In this document: positions 9,327-19,363 of the stretch, in pieces | Position numbering within the stretch: position 1 is the first letter of the stretch | Layout of the letters: every line of letters begins with the position of its first letter | NCBI GenBank assembly: GCA_965237675.1 | Contig: OZ250150.1 | Coordinates: 992,001 to 1,056,000 of the forward strand | DNA: 64,000 bases | Source: Candidatus Latescibacterota bacterium | Lineage (GTDB): Bacteria > Latescibacterota > UBA2968 > GCA-2709665 | Direction: 5' to 3' | Program-made: the position numbers and the translations under genes | Notes under the pieces: generated by a model | What the model was told of the DNA's origin: nothing | Seen by the model: only the letters and a program-made list of their open reading frames with translations | The model's database searches: none

Positions 9327-12284
9327 TCAGAAGCGCAGGCTGACCTGGCTGAAGACGAGGCGGCCCACTTCCGGGGCGCCGATGAATGATCGGTAGGGCG
9401 TATTCAGGACGTTGCTCCCGTCGACATGGAGAACCAGATCCCTTTCGACGGGTAACCGAAAGTTCAGCGTCAAGTCAAGTACCGTATAGGCATCCACTTC
9501 GCCCACGTACACACCGGATTGCATGGGAAAGGAATCGGTGAAGCGCAACGCCCCGCCGACCCCCAGCCCCAACCGGGAGAAGTCGTACGACGCCCCGAGT
9601 TTGAACTTGTGCCGGGGCGCATTCAGCGCGATATCGCCGCTCCCCGGGACATGGGTGTATTTCAGGTTCTCGAAGATATTTTCGTTCACAAAGGAGTAGT
9701 TGCCAGTCAGCCTCCATTGCGCTGTCGGATAGTAGGCCAGGCTCAGATCCAATCCGTGGATGGTGACATCTTCATAATTGCGGTATGTCAACACCATCGC
9801 GTAGGGATCGGATGCCTGCTCGGGCGTCACCGTGCCGTATGGAATCGCGGCCGCCCCGGCCACAAAGATGGCAGTAAGTTCGTCCACCGGTGAACCGTTC
9901 CCGTTGCCCTCCAGAAGACCTGGCACGTGCACCTCGTCCACCACCTGCAAGCCCGCGGCGATTAGCGCATTGGCCGGATCGGACAGCGTCTGTTCAAATC
10001 CCCGATTCAGAGCCGCGCCCAGACTCTTCGGTTCGAGAAAGACGTTGGGGGTTTCCACCGAAACCGAGCCCACGTAATTCTCGATTCTGGACTGATACAG
10101 ATCCGCGGCCACGACGAGTTTGTCGGCCACGACGCCTTTGTAGCCGAATTCGATTGTCCTAGTAATGGCGGACTGGATGCGCGGAACGTCATAGGCCGTA
10201 ACAGGCGTGGCGCCGTCCGACTCAACAAAGAAGAACGGCTGTCGACTTTCATCGGGCTCTTCACCGAGCGGCTCCGCCTCGATGTTCAACCGGCCCATGA
10301 CATTGCGCAGACCTGTCAATCGCTCGGGTACGATACCGGGAAAGGCCTCAGCCAGTCCATTCGCAATGGCCTGGGCTTCTTCGGCACCCAGGCCCTGTTC
10401 GATCAGGATGTCGACGGCCATTTCTTTTATAGTGGGCAATAGTTGCGCCAGCACCGCCTCCCGGCCGACACCCCACATCACGTTGGTGAAGACCGGGTCG
10501 TCCAAACGCAGGTACTGATCGGCCGGCAGACCGGCTATAGCGGCAAAGGGCGAGCGGAAAAGCGGCCGGCCTCCTTCCCGCCGGAACGTGAAGCCGTAAC
10601 CGTTGTTCCGGTAGTTTCCCTGGGTCCAGAGGTCCATTGCATCGAACTCCAGGCCGCGTGCTGAAAACATCGGCGTGAAAATCTCGCTGAACCCGAAGGG
10701 GTCTCTGGCTGCCTGCAGATCGAGGTAGAGATTGTTCGACGTGGGTGTGCTGAAAGCCCGGTTGTAGGTCAAACGCCACGTCTGGGTCGGCTTTGGCTTG
10801 AACACCAGTGCGGCACGGGGCGAAAATTCAGGATCCGCAAGGCGGCTATGGTAGTCGTAGCGCAGGGCAAGTACCAGGTCAAGCATCCGGGAAAGGGAGG
10901 TTTCACTCTGCAGGTAGACGCCGAACTCGTTCAGGTCGTCGTCATCCTCGTTCCTGCCCATGATTGTACCTTCGGTATTCGGCCGCGTCATCAGCGCGTC
11001 CAGGCCGTAGGTGAATCGCTGGCGGGCGCCCAGATTCGACGTATGTTGCGCCTGGAATACCGTGAGGGCGGATTTGTCGACCACGGGAGTGCCGGTACGC
11101 AACAGAAAGGTGCCGCCCGCATCGGTCCAGTTGCGGAAGGCCTGGATAAACCAGTCGCCGTACAGCACCCGCAGCTGGGCGTAGTTGTACTGCCAGTCTA
11201 TCGTTTGCGAGGCGCCCACGGCAGTCAGCCCGACCAGGTCCGCCTTGTTGTGTCCCGCCGACAGGATGGCGGTGAAGTTGTCGGAGGCGCGCCAATCCAG
11301 ACGCGCTTCCAGGCCGAGATTCTTGGTATCGGGATCGCGGGTCTGAAGCGGCGACAAGTTCAAATCGGCGGCGATCTCCTTCTCTCGTCGCTGCCTGGCT
11401 CTTACCTCTTCCGGGTCGGTATACTCCCACTCCCTCCCCGTGTAGTACCGGGCCGAAACCTTGTAGCCCACCCGGTCCCCGACCGCGCCTGCGTGCCGAA
11501 TCGAGGCCTGGTGCAGGCTGCGCTCTCCATATCCGAAATGGGCGCTCGTACCCTGCGAGGTAAACGGGGAATGGGTAATGATATGCATGACTCCATCGGC
11601 GCTGTTGGGTCCGTACAGGGCCGATCCCGGCCCCAGGACCACCTCGATCCGTTCCACGTCGTCACTGGTAATGGGAATGAAATTCGGGGCGTTGACCCGC
11701 ACGGAGGGCACCCGGGCGAGACGGTTGTCCGTCATCATGAGCAGGGTCCCCGTGAATACACTGTTGAAGCCGCGCACCACGATGCTGCTGTTGGCCATCC
11801 CAGTCTTCGCAAAGTCCACCGCTGGCAGATTTTTGACGTGGTCGGCGACGTTCATCGACGGGTTGTTGCGGATGTCGGCCTCCTCAACCACCACGACCGA
11901 AGCGGGGGCCTCCAGGGCCCTTTCCTGCCGTCGTGAAGCGGAGACCACGCTCTGCTCCAGAAAAATGACCTGTTCCTTGAGGATCACATTCAGCGTGGTG
12001 GACCGGCCTGCCTGCACCGACACGTTTTCCCGGATTTCGGGCTTGTAGCCAATGAATGTAATCTCGATCCGGTAATTCCCCGCCGGAACGGCAAAACGGA
12101 ACCGCCCCTCGGTGCCTGCCGCGGCCCCGGTTCTCTCCGGCCGATCGTTGCCCTGAATAACGATATTGGCGCCGGACAGGGACTCCCCGCCCGCTCCTGT
12201 AACCGTCCCTTCGAGATAGCCACCGGGTTGGGCCCAAACAGTCCCGCACCCCAGCATCAACCAGCAAATTAACAACGCGCGCAC
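9327..12284 (-). CDS. TonB-dependent outer-membrane receptor with N-terminal carboxypeptidase-regulatory-like domain
   Basis: Signal peptide, VVSASR TonB-box/plug start, IERIEVV.GPGSALYG plug motif, C-terminal aromatic (SLRF); GTG 12284 with GAGGGG RBS. Confidence 0.9.
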   Translation of the reverse strand: MRALLICWLMLGCGTVWAQPGGYLEGTVTGAGGESLSGANIVIQGNDRPERTGAAAGTEGRFRFAVPAGNYRIEITFIGYKPEIRENVSVQAGRSTTLNVILKEQVIFLEQSVVSASRRQERALEAPASVVVVEEADIRNNPSMNVADHVKNLPAVDFAKTGMANSSIVVRGFNSVFTGTLLMMTDNRLARVPSVRVNAPNFIPITSDDVERIEVVLGPGSALYGPNSADGVMHIITHSPFTSQGTSAHFGYGERSLHQASIRHAGAVGDRVGYKVSARYYTGREWEYTDPEEVRARQRREKEIAADLNLSPLQTRDPDTKNLGLEARLDWRASDNFTAILSAGHNKADLVGLTAVGASQTIDWQYNYAQLRVLYGDWFIQAFRNWTDAGGTFLLRTGTPVVDKSALTVFQAQHTSNLGARQRFTYGLDALMTRPNTEGTIMGRNEDDDDLNEFGVYLQSETSLSRMLDLVLALRYDYHSRLADPEFSPRAALVFKPKPTQTWRLTYNRAFSTPTSNNLYLDLQAARDPFGFSEIFTPMFSARGLEFDAMDLWTQGNYRNNGYGFTFRREGGRPLFRSPFAAIAGLPADQYLRLDDPVFTNVMWGVGREAVLAQLLPTIKEMAVDILIEQGLGAEEAQAIANGLAEAFPGIVPERLTGLRNVMGRLNIEAEPLGEEPDESRQPFFFVESDGATPVTAYDVPRIQSAITRTIEFGYKGVVADKLVVAADLYQSRIENYVGSVSVETPNVFLEPKSLGAALNRGFEQTLSDPANALIAAGLQVVDEVHVPGLLEGNGNGSPVDELTAIFVAGAAAIPYGTVTPEQASDPYAMVLTYRNYEDVTIHGLDLSLAYYPTAQWRLTGNYSFVNENIFENLKYTHVPGSGDIALNAPRHKFKLGASYDFSRLGLGVGGALRFTDSFPMQSGVYVGEVDAYTVLDLTLNFRLPVERDLVLHVDGSNVLNTPYRSFIGAPEVGRLVFSQVSLRF

Positions 12285-12534
12285 CGTGTTTTCCCCCTCG
12301 AACGTCCAGGGCCGAGCCCTGAATTGGCGGTTTGAGAACCAAACACTTCTAAAATGCGTCATTTATCCGATGGCTTGACGACGACTTTGGCCGTCACCCA
12401 GCGGCGTTACCGTCGAAAATCCAGTGTTCAAAGGTCGTAATCCGCCCGGTTTCCGAAATACCGGATGCATCGAATTATCCGGATAACTTGCGCCGGCCAT
12501 TGTCCGAATTTCGATATTTTATTATATATTTAAA

Positions 12535-12562
12535 GTTATATCGGAATACCCGGTCTTGTCAA
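12535..12562 (-). promoter_or_regulatory. Putative sigma70 promoter for the TonB receptor
   Basis: Minus strand TTGACA-16 nt-TATAAC followed by an AT-rich tract. Confidence 0.5.
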
Positions 12563-12653
12563 CTTTTGAATTACCGTCGGCATTCCAGAGGTCCGTTGGC
12601 ATGTGCCAATTTACTCAAAGCAACGATCTTTAGCGCATTTGTCACTTTTTTCT

Positions 12654-12836
12654 ATGTGGCAATTGCATTGGAATGTTTCTCCATCCGTCATTACGGACTT
12701 GGAGCGTGTCTTCAGATATCGTCAATGGCTTGCACACGGCCGTTACTGGACGCCAAAGATCGGTCGAGAGTGTGACTATGACGATATCTATTCACTTGCT
12801 GAATCGGTATATAACGGATTCCCTTTCGAGGTATGA
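12654..12836 (+). pseudogene. C-terminal remnant of a HEPN-like protein
   Basis: YRQWLAHGRYW contains Rx4H; only about 60 codons remain and there is no convincing start. Confidence 0.45.
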
Positions 12837-12840
12837 ACCA

Positions 12841-13632
12841 ATGTATACGAAGAATACGTTGTTTTTCATCATATTTACCCTGGCATTTGCCGCCTGTAAT
12901 GATGCGGTCGGACCGCGTTATATTGAGATAATTGAAGTCACGGTGGGTCCGACCCTGGCCAGATGCTACGGCGTCGGCGAACGGACCTGCATGGTGGTTG
13001 ATGGCTATTTGTTTTACGATGGGATCGATGGCTTCAACTTCGAACCCGGCTACACCTACCGCCTGCGCATCGGGAAATACGACCCCTGGAATGGAGAAGA
13101 ACCACCCCAGGATGCAAGCCGATACGCCTATCGCCTGCTGGAACAACTGGAAAAAACCCGTGCGCCATCCACGCCAGCGACATTGTCCGTGGGGCCGACT
13201 CGGGTGAAATGCTTAAATACCGATGACTTCTGTCTGCTGGTTGACGGTGCGCCATACGACGATATCATCACGAACTTTGAATACGAGGCAGGATATCACT
13301 ATACATTAATTGTAAACAAATATAGCGATGGCCGCTACCTGCTGAACGAAAGCTACACGAAGACCGAGGCAACGGGTACGGACGAGGAAGTCATCGTCGT
13401 GGGACCGCACCGGGTCAAATGCGACGACAACTATCCTGTATACTGCAACGTCGTCAATGGAGCCGCGTTCCGAAGTGAAATCGTGAATTTCCAGCCCGCG
13501 CACGACTACAGCTACCGTTTGCGGGTGGTACGATTCAGCATGTTTACCGGCGGAGTCGCCGCGTCGTCACCGGATGTTCCGACCTTCGGCTACCGCTGGT
13601 TGGAAACGCTCGAGCGAAGTCCTGGCAACTGA
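12841..13632 (+). CDS. Lipoprotein with three DUF4377-like repeats
   Basis: Lipobox LAFAAC; three repeats of VGP..C..C...I.(G/N)F...GY.Y.L. Confidence 0.75.
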   Translation: MYTKNTLFFIIFTLAFAACNDAVGPRYIEIIEVTVGPTLARCYGVGERTCMVVDGYLFYDGIDGFNFEPGYTYRLRIGKYDPWNGEEPPQDASRYAYRLLEQLEKTRAPSTPATLSVGPTRVKCLNTDDFCLLVDGAPYDDIITNFEYEAGYHYTLIVNKYSDGRYLLNESYTKTEATGTDEEVIVVGPHRVKCDDNYPVYCNVVNGAAFRSEIVNFQPAHDYSYRLRVVRFSMFTGGVAASSPDVPTFGYRWLETLERSPGN

Positions 13633-13820
13633 ACTTCGGACCGGGCGCCTTCGCGCTGGGTCTGGAGGGGCCGGTCGCTTTACGAATGCGAGCCCGTGTT
13701 GCGGGCGGTTCCGGATCGTTGCGACGGGCTCCTTTCCAGCGCCGCCGCCACTGGATTTAACGAGGGGGTTGCCCACGCCGGGAGTTCCAAAACAACAATC
13801 AGGCCGCGCCGCGACAGAAC

Positions 13821-14588
13821 TCAGAGAAGGGCTTCGACGTATCGGCGCGCGGAAATGGCGGCCGGCAAGGGCTCATCCCAGTCGACGGCCGCAAGTTCAA
13901 CCACGAGCGGGCCATCGTAGCGGCAGTCCGCCAACAGTTTCAGCAACTCCGAAAACGGCAGTTCTCCCTCGCCGAAGGGCACGGGCCTCTCGCCCCTCTG
14001 GTCGCGCAGATGGACGAGACCGATGCGCCCGGCGAGAGCCTCGGCAAAGGGCATGATTGATTCGCCCGCCGAAAGCAGATGGCCGGTGTCTACGAGAACG
14101 CGCGCCCGTTCCGGCAACTCGGGCATCACCGCCTGGTAGTCGGCCAGCCCCTGGAGGCGGTTCCCCGCCCGATTGCCCAGGTTGAGGACAATATCGGGAA
14201 TGTTTACCAGGAGGGTATTGACGCCGTCGATGAGATCGGCGAGCGCTTCGGATGTGCGGTCGCCTCCACTCGTATTCAGGGTCTTCACGCCAAGGGCGCG
14301 GCCCAGGTGGATGTCCCATTCGAGTTGGCGCAGGTTGTAGGCGAGGTTTCGCTCGTCGGAGTCTGCCTTCCGGCCTGTGAGATTGCGAATGTTGAAGCCG
14401 GAAAGCTGCATACCGGCGCATGCAATGGCGGAACGGACCATCGGCACGGACCAGTCGCGGTGGACGGGGGTGCTCTGTGTGCAGGCGCGGAAGAGCTCCA
14501 CGCGGGAGAATCCGGCCGCCCGGGCCAGATCCAGAACTTCGGGCAGGTGCAGGTCCGGACAGAGCGTCGGGCTGAAGACGAGGTGCAT
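13821..14588 (-). CDS. Sugar phosphate isomerase/epimerase (xylose isomerase-like TIM barrel)
   Basis: DTGH, VHLRD, PFGEG, YDGPLVVE motifs; ATG 14588 overlaps the upstream stop. Confidence 0.8.
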   Translation of the reverse strand: MHLVFSPTLCPDLHLPEVLDLARAAGFSRVELFRACTQSTPVHRDWSVPMVRSAIACAGMQLSGFNIRNLTGRKADSDERNLAYNLRQLEWDIHLGRALGVKTLNTSGGDRTSEALADLIDGVNTLLVNIPDIVLNLGNRAGNRLQGLADYQAVMPELPERARVLVDTGHLLSAGESIMPFAEALAGRIGLVHLRDQRGERPVPFGEGELPFSELLKLLADCRYDGPLVVELAAVDWDEPLPAAISARRYVEALL

Positions 14589-15340
14589 CAGCTGATCCCC
14601 TCCCAACGAACCCATGGGTCGTCGCAGGTCTCAAAGCGGATATCGTCGGCGTCCTTGCGTGAGAAGCGACCAATCAGAGCCATGCGGATATTGCGATTGA
14701 CGTTTTTGGATCCCGTGTGAAAGAGTTGGCTGTGCCAGAAGATGGCATCGCCGGCCCTGCCGGTAAATTCGTGTCCTTCCGGAAACGTCCCTTCGGGATA
14801 AACATCGCTGGAAACGCCGCCGCGGACCGACAGCAGCGAGTGCGTCGTGAAGTGCTCGTATGACACATTGTGGCTGCCGGGCCAATAGGTGAAACTGCCG
14901 CCCCGCGAGGCGATGTCCTCCACGTAGATCGTGACGTTGATGGTCATGTAACCGACCGTTCCTTCGGGCACGCCGTTGGTTGGGGTGTAGTACCCGTCGA
15001 GATGGCCGCGTTCCGGCAGCGACCATGTCTTGTCTCCGGATGGGTAAACCAGCGCAGGACCCGCGCTTCCGGGATTGAGGCGACCCGTGCCCACCATTTC
15101 CTCCATCATTGCGAAGAGCGGCGACTCGTGAACGGCGGCCCGGATGGCGGGATGGTGTGCGGGCACCGGGGTGCGCGGACCTGCGTCGATCCAGGTTGCC
15201 GGATCGTCGCGGTCGGCCTCAATGCCGCTCCAGAGGGCGTCCTGGGCGGCGCGAACTTGAGCGGACGTAAGCGCGCCGCGAACGATGAGACAGCCGTTTT
15301 CCTTAAAGAAACGCTTGTCTGCGGCAGAGAGATGAGGCAT
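14588..15340 (-). CDS. Phytanoyl-CoA dioxygenase (PhyH) family 2OG-Fe(II) oxygenase
   Basis: FFKENG, HLD metal ligands, PGSH, GDAIFWH...FH.GS.N...R; ATG 15340 with GAGG RBS. Confidence 0.85.
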   Translation of the reverse strand: MPHLSAADKRFFKENGCLIVRGALTSAQVRAAQDALWSGIEADRDDPATWIDAGPRTPVPAHHPAIRAAVHESPLFAMMEEMVGTGRLNPGSAGPALVYPSGDKTWSLPERGHLDGYYTPTNGVPEGTVGYMTINVTIYVEDIASRGGSFTYWPGSHNVSYEHFTTHSLLSVRGGVSSDVYPEGTFPEGHEFTGRAGDAIFWHSQLFHTGSKNVNRNIRMALIGRFSRKDADDIRFETCDDPWVRWEGIS

Positions 15341-15500
15341 GGCGTGTACCTCTTGACTTGGTTTACGTCGTATGTATTGCGTGGTCTGAATGGCCAATAT
15401 AGCCAAAAGGCTTTCCTGAGAAACGGGTTTTTTCTCGGCATTCTGACCGGGCGGAACGGTGGGCATCGTGTCGGAACACCGATTTGCTCACAATAACGGA

Positions 15501-15529
15501 TTGACTTGACGCGAGACGATCGCTATCTT
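15501..15529 (+). promoter_or_regulatory. Putative sigma70 promoter upstream of the ACP-like gene
   Basis: TTGACT-17 nt-TATCTT. Confidence 0.45.
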
Positions 15530-15571
15530 TCCGTTCCGCTTCAACCATCCACACGACGAAAGGTCATGCAC

Positions 15572-15817
15572 ATGGCGTCAACGGATGAACGTATCAGCAT
15601 GCTCGTCGCGGATAAACTCGAAGTGGATGGGTAGCCGATAGCGCTGCCGGCGGATCTGAATATCAGCCTCCTTGATGTGGGCGTATCCTTTTTCGATCTC
15701 GTTTCGTTCGCAAGACTCGCCTCACAGGAGTTCAATGTTACGTTTGCTCCCGAAGACTGTGCGAACCTTAACACAGTCAAGAGCTTGATCGAACACATCG
15801 ATTCCCGGTCCGGCTGA
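15572..15817 (+). pseudogene. Acyl carrier protein pseudogene (in-frame TAG, attachment Ser lost)
   Basis: Read-through translation MASTDERISMLVADKLEVDG*PIALPADLNISLLDVGVSFFDLVSFARLASQEFNVTFAPEDCANLNTVKSLIEHIDSRSG has an ACP pattern; TAG at 15632-15634. Confidence 0.75.
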
Positions 15818-15978
15818 ATCTCGCTGAAGCCCTGCCAATCCACTGCACGGGTGGAGATGTCGTCGGTCCCGTTCGGGATCTTTCTTCCCGGAGTGCAAAG
15901 TGCTGCCCTGGCGAAACACCAGGTATCCCAACACGAGCGACATGCCTTAAGAATCATCCACCGGATTGGACCATCCCC

Positions 15979-16557
15979 GTGCGCCGACCCGACCTCCGCC
16001 AATTTCAGACGGTTCTCATTTCTGCCCTGCAGCTACTCATCTGCGCTGGCGTGGTCGCGTCGACGCCTGCCGGTACCGCGACACAGGAAGGACGCGATGG
16101 TAACACCCCGTCGTGGTCCACGACGCTGAAGATAATCCGCGCAGGGTATCCGACTGTCGCGCAGATTTCGACCGCTACGCTGCAGTCATGGCTCGACAAA
16201 TCTCCGAACCGGGAAAGCCTCCTGTTGTTCGACGTACGAGCGCCCGAGGAATATGCAGTCAGCCACCTGCCCGGCGCCCGGCCAGCCCGCTCGAGAGACG
16301 AGGCGCTGAGAGCGCTCCAGGGCGTATCCTCGAACCAGCGTATCGTCTTGTACTGTTCCGTCGGGTACCGCTCTTCGGAACTTGCCCGGTTTCTGGGGAA
16401 AAAGGGATATACAGAGGTCTACAATCTGGAGGGATCGATTTTTTCGTGGGCCAACGAGGGGCGACCGGTCTTCCGGGGAAAAGAACGGGTTAACGTCGTC
16501 CATCGCTATGACAGACATTGGGGTAGATTGTTGAAAAAATCGCTGCGCTATCCGTAA
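15979..16557 (+). CDS. Rhodanese-like domain protein, probably exported
   Basis: DVR...EY.VSHLPGA, YCSVGYRS active-site loop, NLEGSIF.W. Confidence 0.85.
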   Translation: MRRPDLRQFQTVLISALQLLICAGVVASTPAGTATQEGRDGNTPSWSTTLKIIRAGYPTVAQISTATLQSWLDKSPNRESLLLFDVRAPEEYAVSHLPGARPARSRDEALRALQGVSSNQRIVLYCSVGYRSSELARFLGKKGYTEVYNLEGSIFSWANEGRPVFRGKERVNVVHRYDRHWGRLLKKSLRYP

Positions 16558-16664
16558 GAAACGTCTTCGGCCTTCGGGTACCCGGTGGCTTACACTGTGC
16601 TGCGCCCATCAGACCCGATACAAGCCATCAGACAAACTCATATAGGATAGTCAATAGACCACTA

Positions 16665-17348
16665 GTGAAACTGATCGTTACAAACGACGATGGCATCGAG
16701 GCGGAAGGTCTCAATACGCTGGTTCGTCTGGCATCGCGGTGGGGCGAGGTCATCGTAACCGCGCCGGCGGAGCCTCAGTCTGGCGTTGGACATCGTTTGA
16801 CAACCGACAGGCCCATTCGGGTGGAGAAACTGACGGAAGCGCGTTACCGGATATGGGGCACACCCGTAGACTGTACACGCCTGGCCCTGAGTCGCCTGGC
16901 ATCCGACGGCGACTGGGTACTCTCGGGTATCAATGACGGAGGCAATCTTGGGGTGGATGTTTACGAATCCGGTACCGTAGCGGCGGCCCGCGAGGCGGCT
17001 ATTCACGGGTGTAAGGCCATCGCCCTGTCCCACTATACCGTGAAGGACCGGCCGATCGACTGGCGACTGGCCGCCGAACGGCTCCAACCGGTTCTGGACA
17101 GTGTACTGAATGAGACATTTGAAGCAGGATGTTTTCTCAACGTGAATCTGCCCCATCCTGAACACGACAGGGTTCGTCTGGAAACAAGGCACGCCCCTGT
17201 GGACACGAGCCCTCACCTGAACACGTTCTCGCGAATCGATAACGGCTTTCAGTACACGGGCGTTTATCAAGACCGCCCGCGACAACCCGGCAGCGACATT
17301 GAAGCCTGTTTCAATGGACGTATCTCGCTATCCAGGATTCCCGTCTGA
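16665..17348 (+). CDS. surE: 5'/3'-nucleotidase SurE
   Basis: TNDDG, AP...QSG, GTP.DC, SGIN.G.NLG, SGTVAAA. Confidence 0.93.
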   Translation: MKLIVTNDDGIEAEGLNTLVRLASRWGEVIVTAPAEPQSGVGHRLTTDRPIRVEKLTEARYRIWGTPVDCTRLALSRLASDGDWVLSGINDGGNLGVDVYESGTVAAAREAAIHGCKAIALSHYTVKDRPIDWRLAAERLQPVLDSVLNETFEAGCFLNVNLPHPEHDRVRLETRHAPVDTSPHLNTFSRIDNGFQYTGVYQDRPRQPGSDIEACFNGRISLSRIPV

Positions 17349-17454
17349 CTGGATGGCATCTTCTGTACGGGTTCGCTCAGACAACTGCCAATTCATTGAA
17401 TGGGTCTCCACGATAATCGATTCAGAAAATCGCGGACCCAACCCGGGAGGCCCT

Positions 17455-18297
17455 ATGCCCCAACATTCCAAATCGAGCATCGGACTCGACAATCCCTGGT
17501 ACCCCGAAGGAGGTCCCGGACGGCACCTCAAAGCCCGTCTCAAGCGAGGGAACGTGTTGATCGGCGCGACGCTGGAAGCGTATGCCCATCCTTCCCTCAT
17601 CAAGTTGTTCCAGCACGCCGGTTTCGACTTCGTCTACATCGAGTACGAGCACAGCCTCTTCGACCTGCAGGACCTGACCGACACCATCCTCTCCGCCCGC
17701 GACAACGGTTTGCCCGTCATTGCCAAGACGCCCCAACTGGAACGGCAGGAGGTCTCGAAGTTGCTGGAAGCAGGAGTGGTGGGAATTCAGCTTCCCAGAA
17801 CGGAAACCCGGGAGCAGGTTCAGCGCCTGATGAGCTACCTGAAATTTCCCCCGGCGGGAACCCGGGCCGTGGCGCCGGGTTGGGGAAACAGCGACTACAG
17901 GGCAGTCACGGACTGGAAGGGCTGGATGGACGAACAGGACCAGGAGACCACGCTGGTAGTGCATCTGGAAACGGTGAGGGGTTATCGGAACGCTGAGGAG
18001 ATTCTGAGCCCGCCCGGGGTCGACATGTGCTTCGTGGGACCGGGAGACACCTCTATTGAGTTCGGACACCCCGGCGACTTCGATCACCCTGAGGTGCGAG
18101 GTCCGATGGAAGCGGTTTTGAAACTCTGCGAAAAGTACGGCGTGGCCTTCGGCACCATGCCCCCGAGTGGTGTCGCCGCGGGCAAGTGGGCCCGTAAGGG
18201 TGCCACCTTCTTCGAAGTCGAGTCGGAATTGGGGTTCATCCGCGCGGGAGCCACCGCTTTGCTGGACGACTACCGGAGACACCGCGACACAGAATAG
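17455..18297 (+). CDS. HpcH/HpaI aldolase/citrate lyase family protein
   Basis: GFDFVYIEYEH, FPPAGTR, ET, FVGPGD motifs; ATG 17455 with GGAGG RBS. Confidence 0.85.
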   Translation: MPQHSKSSIGLDNPWYPEGGPGRHLKARLKRGNVLIGATLEAYAHPSLIKLFQHAGFDFVYIEYEHSLFDLQDLTDTILSARDNGLPVIAKTPQLERQEVSKLLEAGVVGIQLPRTETREQVQRLMSYLKFPPAGTRAVAPGWGNSDYRAVTDWKGWMDEQDQETTLVVHLETVRGYRNAEEILSPPGVDMCFVGPGDTSIEFGHPGDFDHPEVRGPMEAVLKLCEKYGVAFGTMPPSGVAAGKWARKGATFFEVESELGFIRAGATALLDDYRRHRDTE

Positions 18298-18798
18298 GGA
18301 ACCGCCCTCCCCTGGACGCTCAGCAAATGCATAGTTATCCCGCACTACGAATTTCGTGCATCTCGGGCTGACCCCATCACGGCCTCGCCCTCTGTACGCG
18401 CAACGACTATCAGGCGCGGCGCCTTTTCCGCAGGATATTCGTTATCCGGCTCCAACAGGCTCGCCAGCGTCTCCTCACCCGCGGAGCGCAGCCGCTCGGT
18501 CGCGCCGGCGTTGTTCCGCCTGAGAGTTCTGTCCATCCATGACTCGGATCTGCTCGACAATCCGCAACAAAAAAGCCCCTCTAAAATCCCAAGCGAGTCG
18601 CCCGCATACCCGCCGCTATTACGCTCGCGTTCCCCGCGTAAATCGGAATTTTAAAAAGGCTTCTTTGAGTTCAACGGCCGCCTGTTCCGACCTTACAATT
18701 CAACTTCCCGGACACATTCCCCGCACGACCATGCTTGTGGTGGCTGGATGATGGCTCCCTGATCTTTTCCCAGGCATCCGGCAGGATCGGAACAATCG

Positions 18799-19082
18799 TT
18801 ATTGCTTCTTATCGGCCACTTCATTGAGCGTACCTTCGGCCAGGGTGAACAGCCCCGCCAGAATCTGTTTGTGCCTCAGACTCAATTCCGCAACTGTGCT
18901 TCCACAGGGCGTCCCGTATCCTGGCGACTGCTTCCTCGCGCGTCTTGAGAAGAGAGGGTACAGTTGTTCCTGAATTCGTATTTCTCGACCGTGAATTCGG
19001 CAATGTCCGATATGTTGTCTCCAAAGATATCCATATCGACCGAGTTTTTCATCGATCCGATTTTTTCTCTATTATCGCTCAT
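18799..19082 (-). pseudogene. Doubly frameshifted small hypothetical gene
   Basis: AGGAG RBS plus ATG 19082; protein-like text continues across three frames (..EKYEFRNNCTLS / REEAVARIRDALW / VAELSLRHKQILAGLFTLAEGTLNEV..KKQ*). Confidence 0.45.
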
Positions 19083-19363
19083 CTCTAAGCTCCTGTGCGG
19101 TAGGGTACGGTGCTTTCTGCCGGTTAAACAGAGCACACACAGACAAAAGTTACAGCTCAAGTAACATCCACTGGCTGAATCGAGACCGCGCTTTCGCTCT
19201 CCGGTTGACAAATGCGAAACAATGACGCACGTGACGATACCCATAACTCCGTATTGACTATTATAAAGGAATTTTGGGTAAGAACAACCCCGCATACATT
19301 AAAACCCTGTTCGAAGCGACGGCGCCCGGAGGATACGCTGTCTCAACCGAGCAGCCACTTTCA

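Noticed and set aside
15632-15634. Pyrrolysine or amber recoding in the ACP-like gene
   Set aside because: TAG is used as a normal stop elsewhere (e.g. hemB, atpA), no pyl genes are in view, and the attachment Ser is also lost.
18345-18751. Short ORFs downstream of the aldolase
   Set aside because: No motifs or clear translation signals; cannot be supported.
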